Below are positions 53,382-63,803 of a stretch of DNA of 64,000 nt, one piece after another. Below the pieces are notes generated by a model. It made no database searches. It worked only from the letters and a program-made list of their open reading frames with translations, and had not been told where the DNA came from. Source of the DNA: Cenarchaeum sp. (GTDB lineage Archaea; Thermoproteota; Nitrososphaeria; Nitrososphaerales; Nitrosopumilaceae); NCBI GenBank assembly GCA_965242695.1, contig CBDESU010000002.1:1184001-1248000 (forward strand). Reading direction: 5' to 3'. The translations under genes and the position numbers were made by a program. How positions within the stretch are numbered: position 1 is the stretch's first letter; every line of letters starts with the position of its first letter.

Positions 53382-56300
53382 ATGCCCCTACAGGGCGCGT
53401 TGAAGTCCTGCACGGCTCGGACGGGGAGAGGCGGCGCCCGCGGGCGGGGCGCGCCGGCCGCCCTCGCGCTTGCGGCCGCCTCTCTTGCCGCACTCTTCGC
53501 CCTGCAGGGCGCCGCCCCCGACGCGGCCGCCGCCGGCCCGAGCCATCCGCATGTGGCATCGTGGGGCCAGTCGGGCCTCGATCCGGGCCACTTTGGCAAC
53601 CCGCAGTCGGCCGCAGTCGACGGCGAGGGCAACGTGTACGTGACCGACCTCGGCAACGCCCGCGTCCAAAAGTTCAATCCCGACGGCGTGTACCTCCTCT
53701 CGTGGGGCGACACGGGCCAGGGGGCCGGCCAGTTCACGGCGCCGGCCGGCATAGCGGTCGGGATCAACTCGACCGTGTACGTCGTCGACGCTCAGCTGCA
53801 CAGGGTGCAGGCGTTCGGTCCCGACGGCATGTACGTCGGGCAGTGGGGCGGGCGCGGCCAGGGCCCCGGGCAGTTCATACTCCCCTCGGGAATCGCCGCC
53901 GGCCCCGACGGCAGCGTGTACGTGGCCGACACGGGCAACCGGCGCGTGCAGGTGTTCGCTGCCAACGGCACGTACGTCTCGGAGATGGGGCGGCTCGGCG
54001 TGCCAGAGGGCGACGCCCTGGCCTCGCCGAGCGGGATCGCGGTCGGCGCGGAGGGCACCGTATACGTGTCGGATCCTGCGGCCGCGAGCATCAAGAGGTT
54101 CGGCCCCGACGGGCAGCCGCTTGCCGCGTACGACGCGAGCGTCGGCGGGTTGGACCTGCGGGCGCACGGGGTGGACCTCGCGCCGGGCGGCGGCCTGTAC
54201 GCGGCGGACCCGATCAACAACCGCGTCGTACTGCTCGACGCGTCGGGCGCGGCCGTATCGTCGTGGGGTAGCGAGGGCATACTGCCGGGCCAGTTCAAGC
54301 TGCCCGAGGACGTGGCCGTCTCGGCCAGTGCAGGCGTGCTGTACGTGGTCGACTCGAACGGCCACCGCGTGCAGGCGTTCTCGCTGCCGCCGCAGGACGA
54401 AGCGCCCGCCGAACAGCCGCAGCAGCGGCCGCGCGAGGCGCCCATCTCGGCCTCCCCCGCCGCCCCGGCCGCCCCTGCCGGGGCCGACCTGTCAAAGCCG
54501 TCCATCGTGCCGCCGGCCGACATGACGGTCGAGGCGACCGGCCCCCTCACGCCGGTCAGCGTCGGGCAGGCGGTGGCCACCGACGCGAGCGGCATCGAGT
54601 CGCTCGAGAGCAACGCGCCCGAGCGGTTCACCCTCGGCATAAGCACGGTCATCTGGACGGCAATCGACGGGGCCGGCAACATGGCCGTCGCCACGCAAAA
54701 GGTCACGGTCCGCGACACGATTCCGCCGGCGATCGGGGCGGTTCCTGACATAGTGGCCGAGGCGGCCGGCGCGACGGGGACGCCCGTCGAGCTGGCCGAG
54801 CCGCAGGTCGCCGATGCGGTCGGAGTGATGTCGGTCTCAAGCGACGCCCCCGCCGCGTTCCCGCTCGGCGCGACCGTCGTAACTTGGACGGCGCGCGACG
54901 TGGCCGGCAACGAGGCGACCGCGCTGCAAAATGTGGTCGTAGAAGATACCGTCCGGCCGTCGGTGCGGGCGCCGCCGGACGTCGCATTCGAGGCAGTCTC
55001 GACCGCCTCCAACGAGGTTCCGCTCGGCGAGCCGGCCGCCTCGGACGGCGGATCGGGGATCGCATCGGTCGCCGGCGACGCCCCTGCCGCGTTCCCGCTC
55101 GGCACGACGACCGTCACCTGGACCGCGACGGACGCGGCCGGCAACGAGGCGACCGCGACGCAGGAGGTCGCCGTACTCGACACGACGCCCCCGTCGATCG
55201 AGCCGCCGCCGGATGTCGTATTCGAGGCGACCTCGCCGGCGCTCAACGAGGTGGACCTTGGCGCACCCGTCGTCGACGACGTGCAAGAGGTCGCGGTAAC
55301 TAGCGACGCCCCCGCCGCGTTCCCGCTCGGGTCGCATGCGGTCGCGTGGAACGCGACCGACGCGTCAGGCAACAGCGCGACCGCGGTGCAGCACGTCGAT
55401 GTGGTCGACACGACGCCGCCGTCGGTGCGGGTGCCGCCTGCCATGACCGTCGAGGCCGAGTCGCCCGACGGGGCAGCGGCCGCGCTAGGCCGGATTGTGG
55501 TGGGCGAGGCCGCCGGCGACGGGGCCGCACCCGACGCAACGCCCGTGGCCTCTGTCGCAAACGACGCGCCGCCGATGCTTGCCCTCGGCAGGACCGTCGT
55601 AACGTGGACGGTGTCCGACGAGGCGGGCAACACGGCAACCGCGGCGCAGGAGGTCAATGTGGTCGACACGACGCCGCCGTCGATCACTGCGCCTGCCGAC
55701 GCGACGGCCGAGGCGTCCTCGCCGGACGGCACGCCCGTCGAGATCGGCGAGCCAGAGTCCTCGGATGCAGTCGGCGTTGCGTCCATATCAAGCGACGCGC
55801 CGGCGCTGTTCCCGCTCGGCACGACGACCGTCACCTGGACCGCAACGGACGCGGCAGGCAACGAGGCGACCGCAACGCAGGAGGTCGCCGTACTCGACAC
55901 GACGCCGCCGGCGATCACTGCGCCTGCCGACGCGACGGCCGAGGCCGCATCCGAGGACGGCACGCCGGCCGTCGACCTTGGCGAGCCAGAGGCCTCGGAT
56001 GCAGTCGGCGTTGCGTCCATATCAAGCGACGCGCCGGCGCTGTTCCCGCTCGGCACGACGACCGTCACCTGGACCGCAACGGACGCGGCAGGCAACGAGG
56101 CGACTGCAACGCAGCAGGTTGCGGTCCTGGACACGACCCCCCCGACGCTCGTGGCCCCGCCGGCCGTTCGGGCAGAGGCGGCGGGGCCGAGCACCCCACT
56201 GGCCGGCATCGGCGAGGCCACGGCATCCGACGCCGTCGGCGTCGTGCTGCTCGGCAGCGACTCCCCCGCGGCCTATCCGGTGGGCGAGACGATCGTCACG

Positions 56301-59300
56301 TGGACCGCGGCCGACGCGGCCGGCAACGCCGCGCAGGCGCGACAGACCGTCACAATAGAGGATACGACGCCGCCGTCGATAGCGGCGCCCGCCGACGTCC
56401 AATTCGAGGCCGCCGCGGCCGACGCCAACGCAGTCGACATCGGCGAGCCAGAGGCATCTGATGTGGTCGGCATCGCATCGGTCGCAAGCGACGCCCCTGC
56501 CGCGTTTGCCGTCGGCAACACTGTCGTCACGTGGACGGCATCCGACGCGGCCGGCAATGCGGCGTCCGACTCGCATGTCGTCTCGGTCGTCGACACGACG
56601 CCTCCGTCCGTGTACGCACCAGAGTCGGTCTTGGCCGAGGCGGCCGGCCCGGCGGGGACCGAGGTCGACCACGGCTCGGCCACTGCATCCGACGCAGTCG
56701 GCGTCGTGTCCATTGCAAGCGACGCGCCGCCCCTGTTCGGACTCGGCACGACCGTAGTGACTTGGACGGCCGCCGACGCGGCCGGCAACAGGCAGACCGC
56801 GACGCAGGAGGTCACGGTCGCCGACACAACGCCGCCGACTCTGGCGGCCCCTGCCAACGTGTCTGTGGAGGCGTCCTCGCCGGACGGCACGCCCGTCGAC
56901 ATGGGATCCCCCGAGGCATCCGACGCCGTCGGCGTCGCCTCCGTCGCAAGCGACGCGCCGGCCCTGTTCCCGCTCGGAACGACGGCCGTTACCTGGACGG
57001 CGACGGACGCGGCCGGCAACGAGGCGACCGCTCGGCAGCAGGTAGACGTCCGCGACACGACGCCGCCTGCCATCTCCGTCCCTGCCCCGATCGTGCTGGA
57101 GGCGACCGATCCTGCCGGCTACCCCGTCGACCCGGGCAGCCTGTTCGAGCTTCCCGCCGCGACCGACCTGGCAGGCCCCGCCTCGCTTGAGAGCGACGCG
57201 CCCCCCGTGCTGCCGCTCGGCCGGACGGCGCTGACCTGGACCGCCACCGATGCCTCCGGCAATACTGCCACGGCCGAGCAGGAGATCACCGTCCGCGACA
57301 CGATTCCGCCGCTACTCGAGGCGCCGCCCGACGCCACGGCCGAGGCCTCCTCGCCGGACGGCACGCCCATCGAGATCGTCGCGCCCAACGCCACCGATAC
57401 AGTCGGCGTCGCGTCCGTCTCGAGCGACGCGCCGGCCCTGTTCCCGCTCGGAACGACGGCCGTTACCTGGACGGCGACGGACGCGGCCGGCAACGAGGCA
57501 ACGGCCGAGCAGCGCATTACAGTCCAGGACACGACGCCGCCTGCGATCGAGCATCCCGTACAGCTGTCGCTCGAGGCCGGCTCCGCGGCCGGCTACGACG
57601 CGGCCGCGCCCGGCCAGGGACTGGCCCCGCCGGCCGCCTCGGATGCGGCCGGCCCGGTTGCCGTCACCGGCGACGCCCCCGCCACGCTCCCGATCGGGCG
57701 CACTGTCATAACCTGGACTGCGATCGACGATGCGGGAAACTCGGCCACGGCCGAGCAGGTCGCCGACGTGGCCGACACGGCGCCCCCGTCGCTCGCCCCG
57801 CCGCCCGACGCCACGGCCGAGGCCTCCTCGCCGGACGGCACGCCCGTCGAGATCGGCGCGCCAGAGGTCTCGGACGCCGTCGGCGTCGCCTCCGTCGCAA
57901 GCGACGCCCCGGCCCTGTTCCCGCTCGGCACGACGATCGTAAACTGGACGGCAGTCGACGATGTCAACAATACCGCAACCGCATCGCAGCGCATCACCGT
58001 CCAGGACACGACGCCGCCTGCCATCTCCGTCCCCGACCCGATCGTGCTGGAGGCGACCGATCCGGCAGGCTACCCCGTCGGCCCCGGCAGCCTGTTCGAT
58101 CTTCCAACTGCGACAGACCTGGCCGGATCGACCACACTCGAGAGCGACGCGCCCCCCGTCCTGCCGCTCGGCCCGACGACGCTGACATGGACCGCAACGG
58201 ATGCGGCAGGCAACGCGGCCACGGCCGAGCAGGAGATCACCGTCCGCGACACAATCCCGCCCGCACTCGCCCCGCCGCCCGACGCCACGGCCGAGGCCTC
58301 CTCGCCGGACGGCACGCCCGTCGAGATCGGCGCGCCCAACGCCACCGATGCCGTCGGCGTCGCGTCCATTGCAAGCGACGCGCCGGCCCTGTTCCCGCTC
58401 GGCTCCACGACCGTAACTTGGACGGCGACGGACGCGGCAGGCAACGAGGCCACGGCCGAGCAGCGCATTACAGTCCAAGATACGACGCCGCCGGCGATCG
58501 AACGCCCCATACCGCTGTCGCTCGAGGCCGGCTCCGCGGCCGGCTACGACGCGGCCGCGCCCGGCCAGGGACTGGCCCCGCCGGCCGCCTCGGATGCGGC
58601 CGGCCCGGTTGCCGTCACCGGCGACGCCCCCGCCACGCTCCCGATCGGGCGCACTGTCATAACCTGGACTACGACCGACGATGCGGGAAACTCGGCCACA
58701 GCCGAGCAGGTCGCCGACGTGGCCGACACGGCGCCCCCGTCGCTCGCCCCGCCGCCCGACGCCACGGCCGAGGCCTCCTCGCCGGACGGCACGCCCGTCG
58801 ACATCGGCTCCCCCGTGGCATCCGATGCCGTCGGCATTGCGTCCGTTGCAAGCGATGCGCCCTCCCTGTTCCCGCTCGGCACGACGATCGTAAACTGGAC
58901 GGCAGTCGACGATGCCAACAATACCGCAACCGCATCGCAGCGCATCACCGTCCAGGACACGACGCCGCCTGCCATCTCCGTCCCCGACCCGATCGTGCTG
59001 GAGGCGACCGATCCTACCGGCTACCCCGTCGGCCCGGGCAGCCTGTTCGAGCTTCCCGCCGCGACCGACCTGGCCGGATCGACTACACTCGAGAGCGACG
59101 CTCCTCCCGTCCTGCCGCTCGGCCCGACGACGCTGACATGGACCGCAACGGATGCGGCAGGCAACGCGGCCACGGCCGAGCAGGAGATCACCGTCCGGGA
59201 CACGATTCCGCCGCTACTCGAGGCGCCGCCCGACGCCACGGCCGAGGCCTCCTCGCCGGACGGCACGCCCGTCGAGATCGGCGCGCCCAACGCCACCGAT

Positions 59301-59729
59301 GCCGTCGGCGTCGCATCCGTCGCAAGCGATGCGCCCTCCTTGTTCCCGCTCGGCTCCACGACAGTGACCTGGACCGCAACGGACGCGGCAGGCAACGCGG
59401 CCACAGTCTCCCACTCGGTCTCGATCCTCGCATGCGGCAGGCCGGCCTCCGGCTTCAACGTCGTATCTGGCACGGCAGACGACGACATACTGGCCGGCAC
59501 GCCGGGGCCCGACCTGATATTTGCGCTAGCCGGCGACGACGTCATCCTCGCCGGCGACGGCGACGACTGCATCCTCGCCGGCGACGGCGACGACGTCATA
59601 CGCGGCCAGTCGGGCGACGACGTCATACGCGGCCAGTCGGGCGATGACGTGATCGACGGCGGCGACGGCCGCGACGCCTGCGAGGCGGGCGGCGGCTCGG
59701 GCGGCCTGGCGACCAACTGCGAGCAGTAG
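53382..59729 (+). CDS. Exported adhesin-like protein: NHL propeller, about 20 HYR domains and RTX-like Ca-binding nonapeptides
   Basis: VADTGNRRVQVF; repeated DTTPP..EA..FPLGTTTVTWTATDAAGN; C-terminal GDDVILAGDGDDCILAGDGDDVIRGQSGDD; start uncertain (53382 or 53400). Confidence 0.9.
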   Translation: MPLQGALKSCTARTGRGGARGRGAPAALALAAASLAALFALQGAAPDAAAAGPSHPHVASWGQSGLDPGHFGNPQSAAVDGEGNVYVTDLGNARVQKFNPDGVYLLSWGDTGQGAGQFTAPAGIAVGINSTVYVVDAQLHRVQAFGPDGMYVGQWGGRGQGPGQFILPSGIAAGPDGSVYVADTGNRRVQVFAANGTYVSEMGRLGVPEGDALASPSGIAVGAEGTVYVSDPAAASIKRFGPDGQPLAAYDASVGGLDLRAHGVDLAPGGGLYAADPINNRVVLLDASGAAVSSWGSEGILPGQFKLPEDVAVSASAGVLYVVDSNGHRVQAFSLPPQDEAPAEQPQQRPREAPISASPAAPAAPAGADLSKPSIVPPADMTVEATGPLTPVSVGQAVATDASGIESLESNAPERFTLGISTVIWTAIDGAGNMAVATQKVTVRDTIPPAIGAVPDIVAEAAGATGTPVELAEPQVADAVGVMSVSSDAPAAFPLGATVVTWTARDVAGNEATALQNVVVEDTVRPSVRAPPDVAFEAVSTASNEVPLGEPAASDGGSGIASVAGDAPAAFPLGTTTVTWTATDAAGNEATATQEVAVLDTTPPSIEPPPDVVFEATSPALNEVDLGAPVVDDVQEVAVTSDAPAAFPLGSHAVAWNATDASGNSATAVQHVDVVDTTPPSVRVPPAMTVEAESPDGAAAALGRIVVGEAAGDGAAPDATPVASVANDAPPMLALGRTVVTWTVSDEAGNTATAAQEVNVVDTTPPSITAPADATAEASSPDGTPVEIGEPESSDAVGVASISSDAPALFPLGTTTVTWTATDAAGNEATATQEVAVLDTTPPAITAPADATAEAASEDGTPAVDLGEPEASDAVGVASISSDAPALFPLGTTTVTWTATDAAGNEATATQQVAVLDTTPPTLVAPPAVRAEAAGPSTPLAGIGEATASDAVGVVLLGSDSPAAYPVGETIVTWTAADAAGNAAQARQTVTIEDTTPPSIAAPADVQFEAAAADANAVDIGEPEASDVVGIASVASDAPAAFAVGNTVVTWTASDAAGNAASDSHVVSVVDTTPPSVYAPESVLAEAAGPAGTEVDHGSATASDAVGVVSIASDAPPLFGLGTTVVTWTAADAAGNRQTATQEVTVADTTPPTLAAPANVSVEASSPDGTPVDMGSPEASDAVGVASVASDAPALFPLGTTAVTWTATDAAGNEATARQQVDVRDTTPPAISVPAPIVLEATDPAGYPVDPGSLFELPAATDLAGPASLESDAPPVLPLGRTALTWTATDASGNTATAEQEITVRDTIPPLLEAPPDATAEASSPDGTPIEIVAPNATDTVGVASVSSDAPALFPLGTTAVTWTATDAAGNEATAEQRITVQDTTPPAIEHPVQLSLEAGSAAGYDAAAPGQGLAPPAASDAAGPVAVTGDAPATLPIGRTVITWTAIDDAGNSATAEQVADVADTAPPSLAPPPDATAEASSPDGTPVEIGAPEVSDAVGVASVASDAPALFPLGTTIVNWTAVDDVNNTATASQRITVQDTTPPAISVPDPIVLEATDPAGYPVGPGSLFDLPTATDLAGSTTLESDAPPVLPLGPTTLTWTATDAAGNAATAEQEITVRDTIPPALAPPPDATAEASSPDGTPVEIGAPNATDAVGVASIASDAPALFPLGSTTVTWTATDAAGNEATAEQRITVQDTTPPAIERPIPLSLEAGSAAGYDAAAPGQGLAPPAASDAAGPVAVTGDAPATLPIGRTVITWTTTDDAGNSATAEQVADVADTAPPSLAPPPDATAEASSPDGTPVDIGSPVASDAVGIASVASDAPSLFPLGTTIVNWTAVDDANNTATASQRITVQDTTPPAISVPDPIVLEATDPTGYPVGPGSLFELPAATDLAGSTTLESDAPPVLPLGPTTLTWTATDAAGNAATAEQEITVRDTIPPLLEAPPDATAEASSPDGTPVEIGAPNATDAVGVASVASDAPSLFPLGSTTVTWTATDAAGNAATVSHSVSILACGRPASGFNVVSGTADDDILAGTPGPDLIFALAGDDVILAGDGDDCILAGDGDDVIRGQSGDDVIRGQSGDDVIDGGDGRDACEAGGGSGGLATNCEQ
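57050..59405 (+). repeat. 951-bp (four HYR domain) intragenic tandem duplication, about 2.5 copies
   Basis: Shadow ORFs recur at 951-bp offsets (57250/58201/59152; 57730/58681). Confidence 0.88.
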
Positions 59730-59875
59730 CGCCTGCGGAGGATGCGGCCGGGGAGGGAGCGGCGGCCCCGTGCGCAATCTGGCCTGCCCCTCCCGGCCCG
59801 TGCGTCGCCATTGCAGTGCCGCCGCCCTTGGTCGGGGCGCCTCAACTGGCAAGACTGTGGTTCTGGCCTGTCACG

Positions 59876-61078
59876 CTACGGGAGTTCGCTACCGAATCTG
59901 GAGCGCAGCCAGTCCGCAAAGACGTGATCTATGATCATGTACCTGTGCTCCCCGTGCTTTCTTACCACGTCCTTGGAGATCAGCCTGCGAAGCGTCATTG
60001 GTATGGAGGTGGGGGCCGCATTGATGTGCCTAGCTATCGACGTCACCCCGTTGTTCGAGTTTGCCATCGCTATGAGCGCCTCTCGCTCCCGATCCGAGTG
60101 GGTGCGCAGCTGCGACTCAAAGTCGGGCCCCAGCCTGCCGATCATGTTCGCATACGCCACCTTCACGTCGGATGCCGATATGGACCGCCTGCCGCCCTCC
60201 CTGCAGCGCGCAAGCGTTTCCAGGGCCAGCCTTTGGACATAGTCGGGAAAGCCCTGGCTTTGCTCCCAGATGGCTTCTAGCGCCTCCTGCCCCGCACCTA
60301 TTCTCGCCACGCCGAACCGCTCGGCCAGGAACTTGAGGACTTCGTCCGCAGGCAGGGGCGGGACGGGGATCTCGTAGAGCTGGCGGTAGAAGGGGGCGCC
60401 CTGGTTGTACGCCATGTCGCGCAGTGCGAACGGGGCCGACCCGGCCAGTATGTACGTGACTGACTTTTGCGCCTGGATAACCCTTCGCACAGTGCTGAGG
60501 AACCGCGATCCGAGCCTCAGCATGTCCTGAAACTCGTCTATCATGACGACGAACAGGGTGCCCATGTCTGATCCGAGCGCCTCGGGATACCCGAGCGCCT
60601 GCTCAACGAGCTCCTCCTCGTCGCACTCTTCCCTGGACAGCATGATGCTGAATTTAACATACTCGACAACGGATGCGTTGCCTTGATCTGGCCAGTCGCC
60701 CGTACTCCGCCCCTCCTTGACTCCCGCCTTGATCTTTTTCAGCAGTGCCCCGTCGCCTGACTTTGACAGGTATCCGTCTAAAACCGCCCGCATGTACGCC
60801 CTGGCGAACACCCGCCTGGTCGGCATGGCCGAGGCGTTGACGGCTACGGGAACGATTCTTTTGTCTCGGCCTAGTCGCTCCTTTACGCTTAGCAGTATCG
60901 AGGACTTGCCCATGCGCCTCAGGCCAAGGAGCAACATGTGGTTGATCGCCCCGTCGCGCGCTCCGCCTACCAGCATGCCGATCTCGTTGAGGATCTTTTC
61001 GCGCCCGACAAAGTGATCGCCGCTGACCGGCACGCCGCTGACAAACGGCACCGGCTTTGGGCCCGTCTTGCTGGCCAT
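59876..61078 (-). CDS. Archaeal ATPase (AAA_16/ATPase_2-like P-loop) with C-terminal winged helix
   Basis: FVGREK, GLRRMGKSS (Walker A), VMIDEFQ (Walker B), ILAGS, QGFPDYVQ; C-terminal TSIARHI..TLRRLISKDVV..YMIIDHVFADWL; lower GC. Confidence 0.88.
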   Translation of the reverse strand: MASKTGPKPVPFVSGVPVSGDHFVGREKILNEIGMLVGGARDGAINHMLLLGLRRMGKSSILLSVKERLGRDKRIVPVAVNASAMPTRRVFARAYMRAVLDGYLSKSGDGALLKKIKAGVKEGRSTGDWPDQGNASVVEYVKFSIMLSREECDEEELVEQALGYPEALGSDMGTLFVVMIDEFQDMLRLGSRFLSTVRRVIQAQKSVTYILAGSAPFALRDMAYNQGAPFYRQLYEIPVPPLPADEVLKFLAERFGVARIGAGQEALEAIWEQSQGFPDYVQRLALETLARCREGGRRSISASDVKVAYANMIGRLGPDFESQLRTHSDREREALIAMANSNNGVTSIARHINAAPTSIPMTLRRLISKDVVRKHGEHRYMIIDHVFADWLRSRFGSELP

Positions 61079-61106
61079 CCTCGCTCCTGCCGTTGGCGCG
61101 CATTTG

Positions 61107-61146
61107 AATTTATATACATTTTTGTATAGCTATACATTTTTGTATA
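61107..61146 (-). promoter_or_regulatory. TATA box with two tandem 16-bp palindromic operators TATACA-TTTT-TGTATA
   Basis: Copies at 61113-61128 and 61131-61146; TATATAAAT on the minus strand about 30 nt upstream of the ATPase ATG. Confidence 0.75.
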
Positions 61147-61660
61147 ATCCAATGCACGCCTGCGCGGAAGATGCAAGCAAAGTGGCCATGCCGTGACGCC
61201 GCTGCTCAAACCGCCTTGCCGGTTTTTGGCCGACTGCCGACGGCTTGGGGAGGGGCGCGAGCGGATGCGGCCGGATGCGTTGCGAGCTCCGTTACGAGCG
61301 GGCGGTTCTGTGCCGCTGCATGCGGCCGACGCCGCACCGGCCGCCTTGGCGGACGGGGGCGCAGCCGTCGGCGCGGGCTGTCGTCTGCCGCCGGGGCCCG
61401 CGAGCGGCCCATACTTCCCGGCGCCTGATCGCCGGCATCGCCGGCTCCTCGCAAGCGGTTGGAGCCTGCCCGATCACAGCAGCGCGGACGCGTGGGGGCG
61501 CGGTGCGGACGGGCCGGCGCATCGCGCGGGGCCGCTGGAGCCCGCTTCGGCCTGCGGCGTTGCGGGACGGGCGCCAGGCGGGAGCGTCAAAGGGAGCGCC
61601 CGCAGTGCACATCGCGGCCCAGAGGCGGCGCGCGAGTCGGGGTAGCCGCCTCCCCGCCGT

Positions 61661-62716
61661 CTACTCCTCGGATATCACGCTGCGTATGTTCTCGTCGATG
61701 GCGACCTCTATGATGTCGGCCGAGTACTCTGCCGTCCTGCGTATGCCCTCCAGCACGAACCGCGCCACGGTAGAGTTGGGGTCGCCCTCTGCAATCCCCG
61801 ACATGATGGCCTTTTCCGACTCGACGACGCCGCGCACGAGGGGCGCGGTCCCCTCTGCGCGCGCGCAGTCCCTTCCCAGGACGGACTCGACGGCCCCGTC
61901 GAACGCGCGCAGCGACTCGGCCGAGACGCCGCCGATCCGCCCCATCAGCCCCGACTCGATCCCGCCGCCGGACAGGAACTTTACCCTCTTTGCGATCATG
62001 GCCGCATGGTCGGCGATGCGCTCGATGCGCTCGATGACGGCCCTGTACCCGATGCACTCCGACGGGCTTGCCAGCCCCATCTCGGCCAGGACGCCGGCGT
62101 CGTTGGCCGCAAGCATGAGGTTGCGCCTCGTGTACAGGCTGAACCTGTCGACCTCGTCGTCCATCCCGACGACCTCCTCTGCATGCGGCGCGTCGGCGGC
62201 GGCCAGGGCCTCGACGGCCTCGGAGTGCATGCTAGAGGCCATGCGGTGCATCCGCCTCACCGCCGCCTCGAACGACAGCTCGGGCAGGCGCGTGAGCACC
62301 TGCATTGTGACGGCGCCTGCCGTGCTCTCCACTATCTCCGTGCCGATGAGGGACGTGCGGGCGATCCCGCGCGCGGCGCGCTCGTGGCCATCGCCGAGCC
62401 TGCCGCCCCTTGCCCTCACGACGATCGAGTCGTAGCCGGCCAGGTACGCGGCGATCAGGCGCCGGCTGAGCGTCTCGCCCGTGTCGGCGCGGCCGGCCAT
62501 GACGACGGCCCTCCTGCCGGGCGGCGCCCCGCCGCCGGGGCCTCCGCCGCCGCGCGCCGCCGCGCTGGCGTGCAGCGTCAGCGACGCGTTGGCGTTCCTC
62601 GAGACGGCGATGCCGTCGCCGGCCCTCAGCCCGAGGCCCTCTACCCACGCCCTCGGAAGCGACACGACGTACGTCGAGCCTCCGCTGAGCTGGAGCTTGC
62701 GGACCTGCGTGTCCAT
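61661..62716 (-). CDS. phoU: Archaeal phosphate uptake regulator (AbrB-like N-terminus + PhoU domains)
   Basis: RKLQLSGGSTYVVSLPRAW, LIAAYLAGYD, MDDEVDRF, IERIADHA. Confidence 0.92.
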   Translation of the reverse strand: MDTQVRKLQLSGGSTYVVSLPRAWVEGLGLRAGDGIAVSRNANASLTLHASAAARGGGGPGGGAPPGRRAVVMAGRADTGETLSRRLIAAYLAGYDSIVVRARGGRLGDGHERAARGIARTSLIGTEIVESTAGAVTMQVLTRLPELSFEAAVRRMHRMASSMHSEAVEALAAADAPHAEEVVGMDDEVDRFSLYTRRNLMLAANDAGVLAEMGLASPSECIGYRAVIERIERIADHAAMIAKRVKFLSGGGIESGLMGRIGGVSAESLRAFDGAVESVLGRDCARAEGTAPLVRGVVESEKAIMSGIAEGDPNSTVARFVLEGIRRTAEYSADIIEVAIDENIRSVISEE

Positions 62717-62834
62717 TCCTAGGGCGGGGCCGATCGGGCGCGATTAAACCCTTGCCCCGGCCGCTATATAGGCCAAATACCCGCCCGTAAAGTATGGTGC
62801 AACTGCACATAACGCCTCGCCGCCGCGCGCCCGC

Positions 62835-63803
62835 GTGCTGCGGCACAAGGCGGCCGGCTCGCCGGGCCGCCCGATAGCGGACAAGCTGTTTCGGTGGGGC
62901 GCGACGATCGCCGGCGCGTACGTCCTGGCCGTCATACTCATCATAGTCCTACAGCTCGGGCTCGAGTCGGCCCCGATATGGGAGAAGGAGGGGATCGGGT
63001 TCCTCTGGGGGACGGACTGGAACCCCGTCGAGGGCCGCGACTCGTTCGGGGCCCTGCCCTACGTAGTCGGCACGCTCGTGACGGCGGCCATCGCCATGTC
63101 GATCGGCGTGCCGCTGAGCATCGGGATCGCAATGTTCGTCATGATCGCGCCGAGGCGCATCGGCGCCCCGCTCGGCTACCTCGTAGAGCTCATAGAGGCC
63201 GTGCCGAGCGTCGTATTCGGGCTGTGGGGACTGTTCGTGTTCAGGGTCTACCTGCGCGACTGGGTCGAGGTGCCGCTGCACGACGCGTTCGGCGACTCGA
63301 TATTCCTGTTCTCGGGCGCCCCGTTCGGGCTCGACGTGCTCTCGGCGAGCATCATACTGGCAATCATGATCATCCCGACCATATCGGCCGTCTCGCGCGA
63401 GGTCATGACGGCGGTCCCGCAGCAGCAGCGCGAGGCCGCGTACATGCTCGGCTCGACGACGTGGGAGATGTTCCGCCTGGCCGTCTTCCCGTACTCGAAG
63501 GCGGGGCTGATCGGCGCGTCCATCCTGGGCCTGGGCAGGGCCGTCGGCGAGACCATGGCCGTCACGATGCTCATCGGCAACGCGACGGGCCTGCGCGCCA
63601 TACCCGAGTCGCTGTTCGACTCGAGCCAGTCCATGGCGAGCATCATTGCCAACGAGTTCATCGAGGCCGACCTGGTGCTGCACGTCCCGGCCCTGATTGC
63701 GGTCGGGCTGGTCCTGCTGCTCATCGCAATGGCCATCAACGTGGTCGCGCACTTTCTGGTAGTGCGCATGCTCAAGATACGCGAGGGGGCGATCAACAAT
63801 TGA
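62835..63803 (+). CDS. pstC: Phosphate ABC transporter permease PstC
   Basis: WNP..FGALPYVVGTL, AVPSVVFGLWG, ILAIMIIP, LGLGRAVGETMAV. Confidence 0.96.
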   Translation: MLRHKAAGSPGRPIADKLFRWGATIAGAYVLAVILIIVLQLGLESAPIWEKEGIGFLWGTDWNPVEGRDSFGALPYVVGTLVTAAIAMSIGVPLSIGIAMFVMIAPRRIGAPLGYLVELIEAVPSVVFGLWGLFVFRVYLRDWVEVPLHDAFGDSIFLFSGAPFGLDVLSASIILAIMIIPTISAVSREVMTAVPQQQREAAYMLGSTTWEMFRLAVFPYSKAGLIGASILGLGRAVGETMAVTMLIGNATGLRAIPESLFDSSQSMASIIANEFIEADLVLHVPALIAVGLVLLLIAMAINVVAHFLVVRMLKIREGAINN

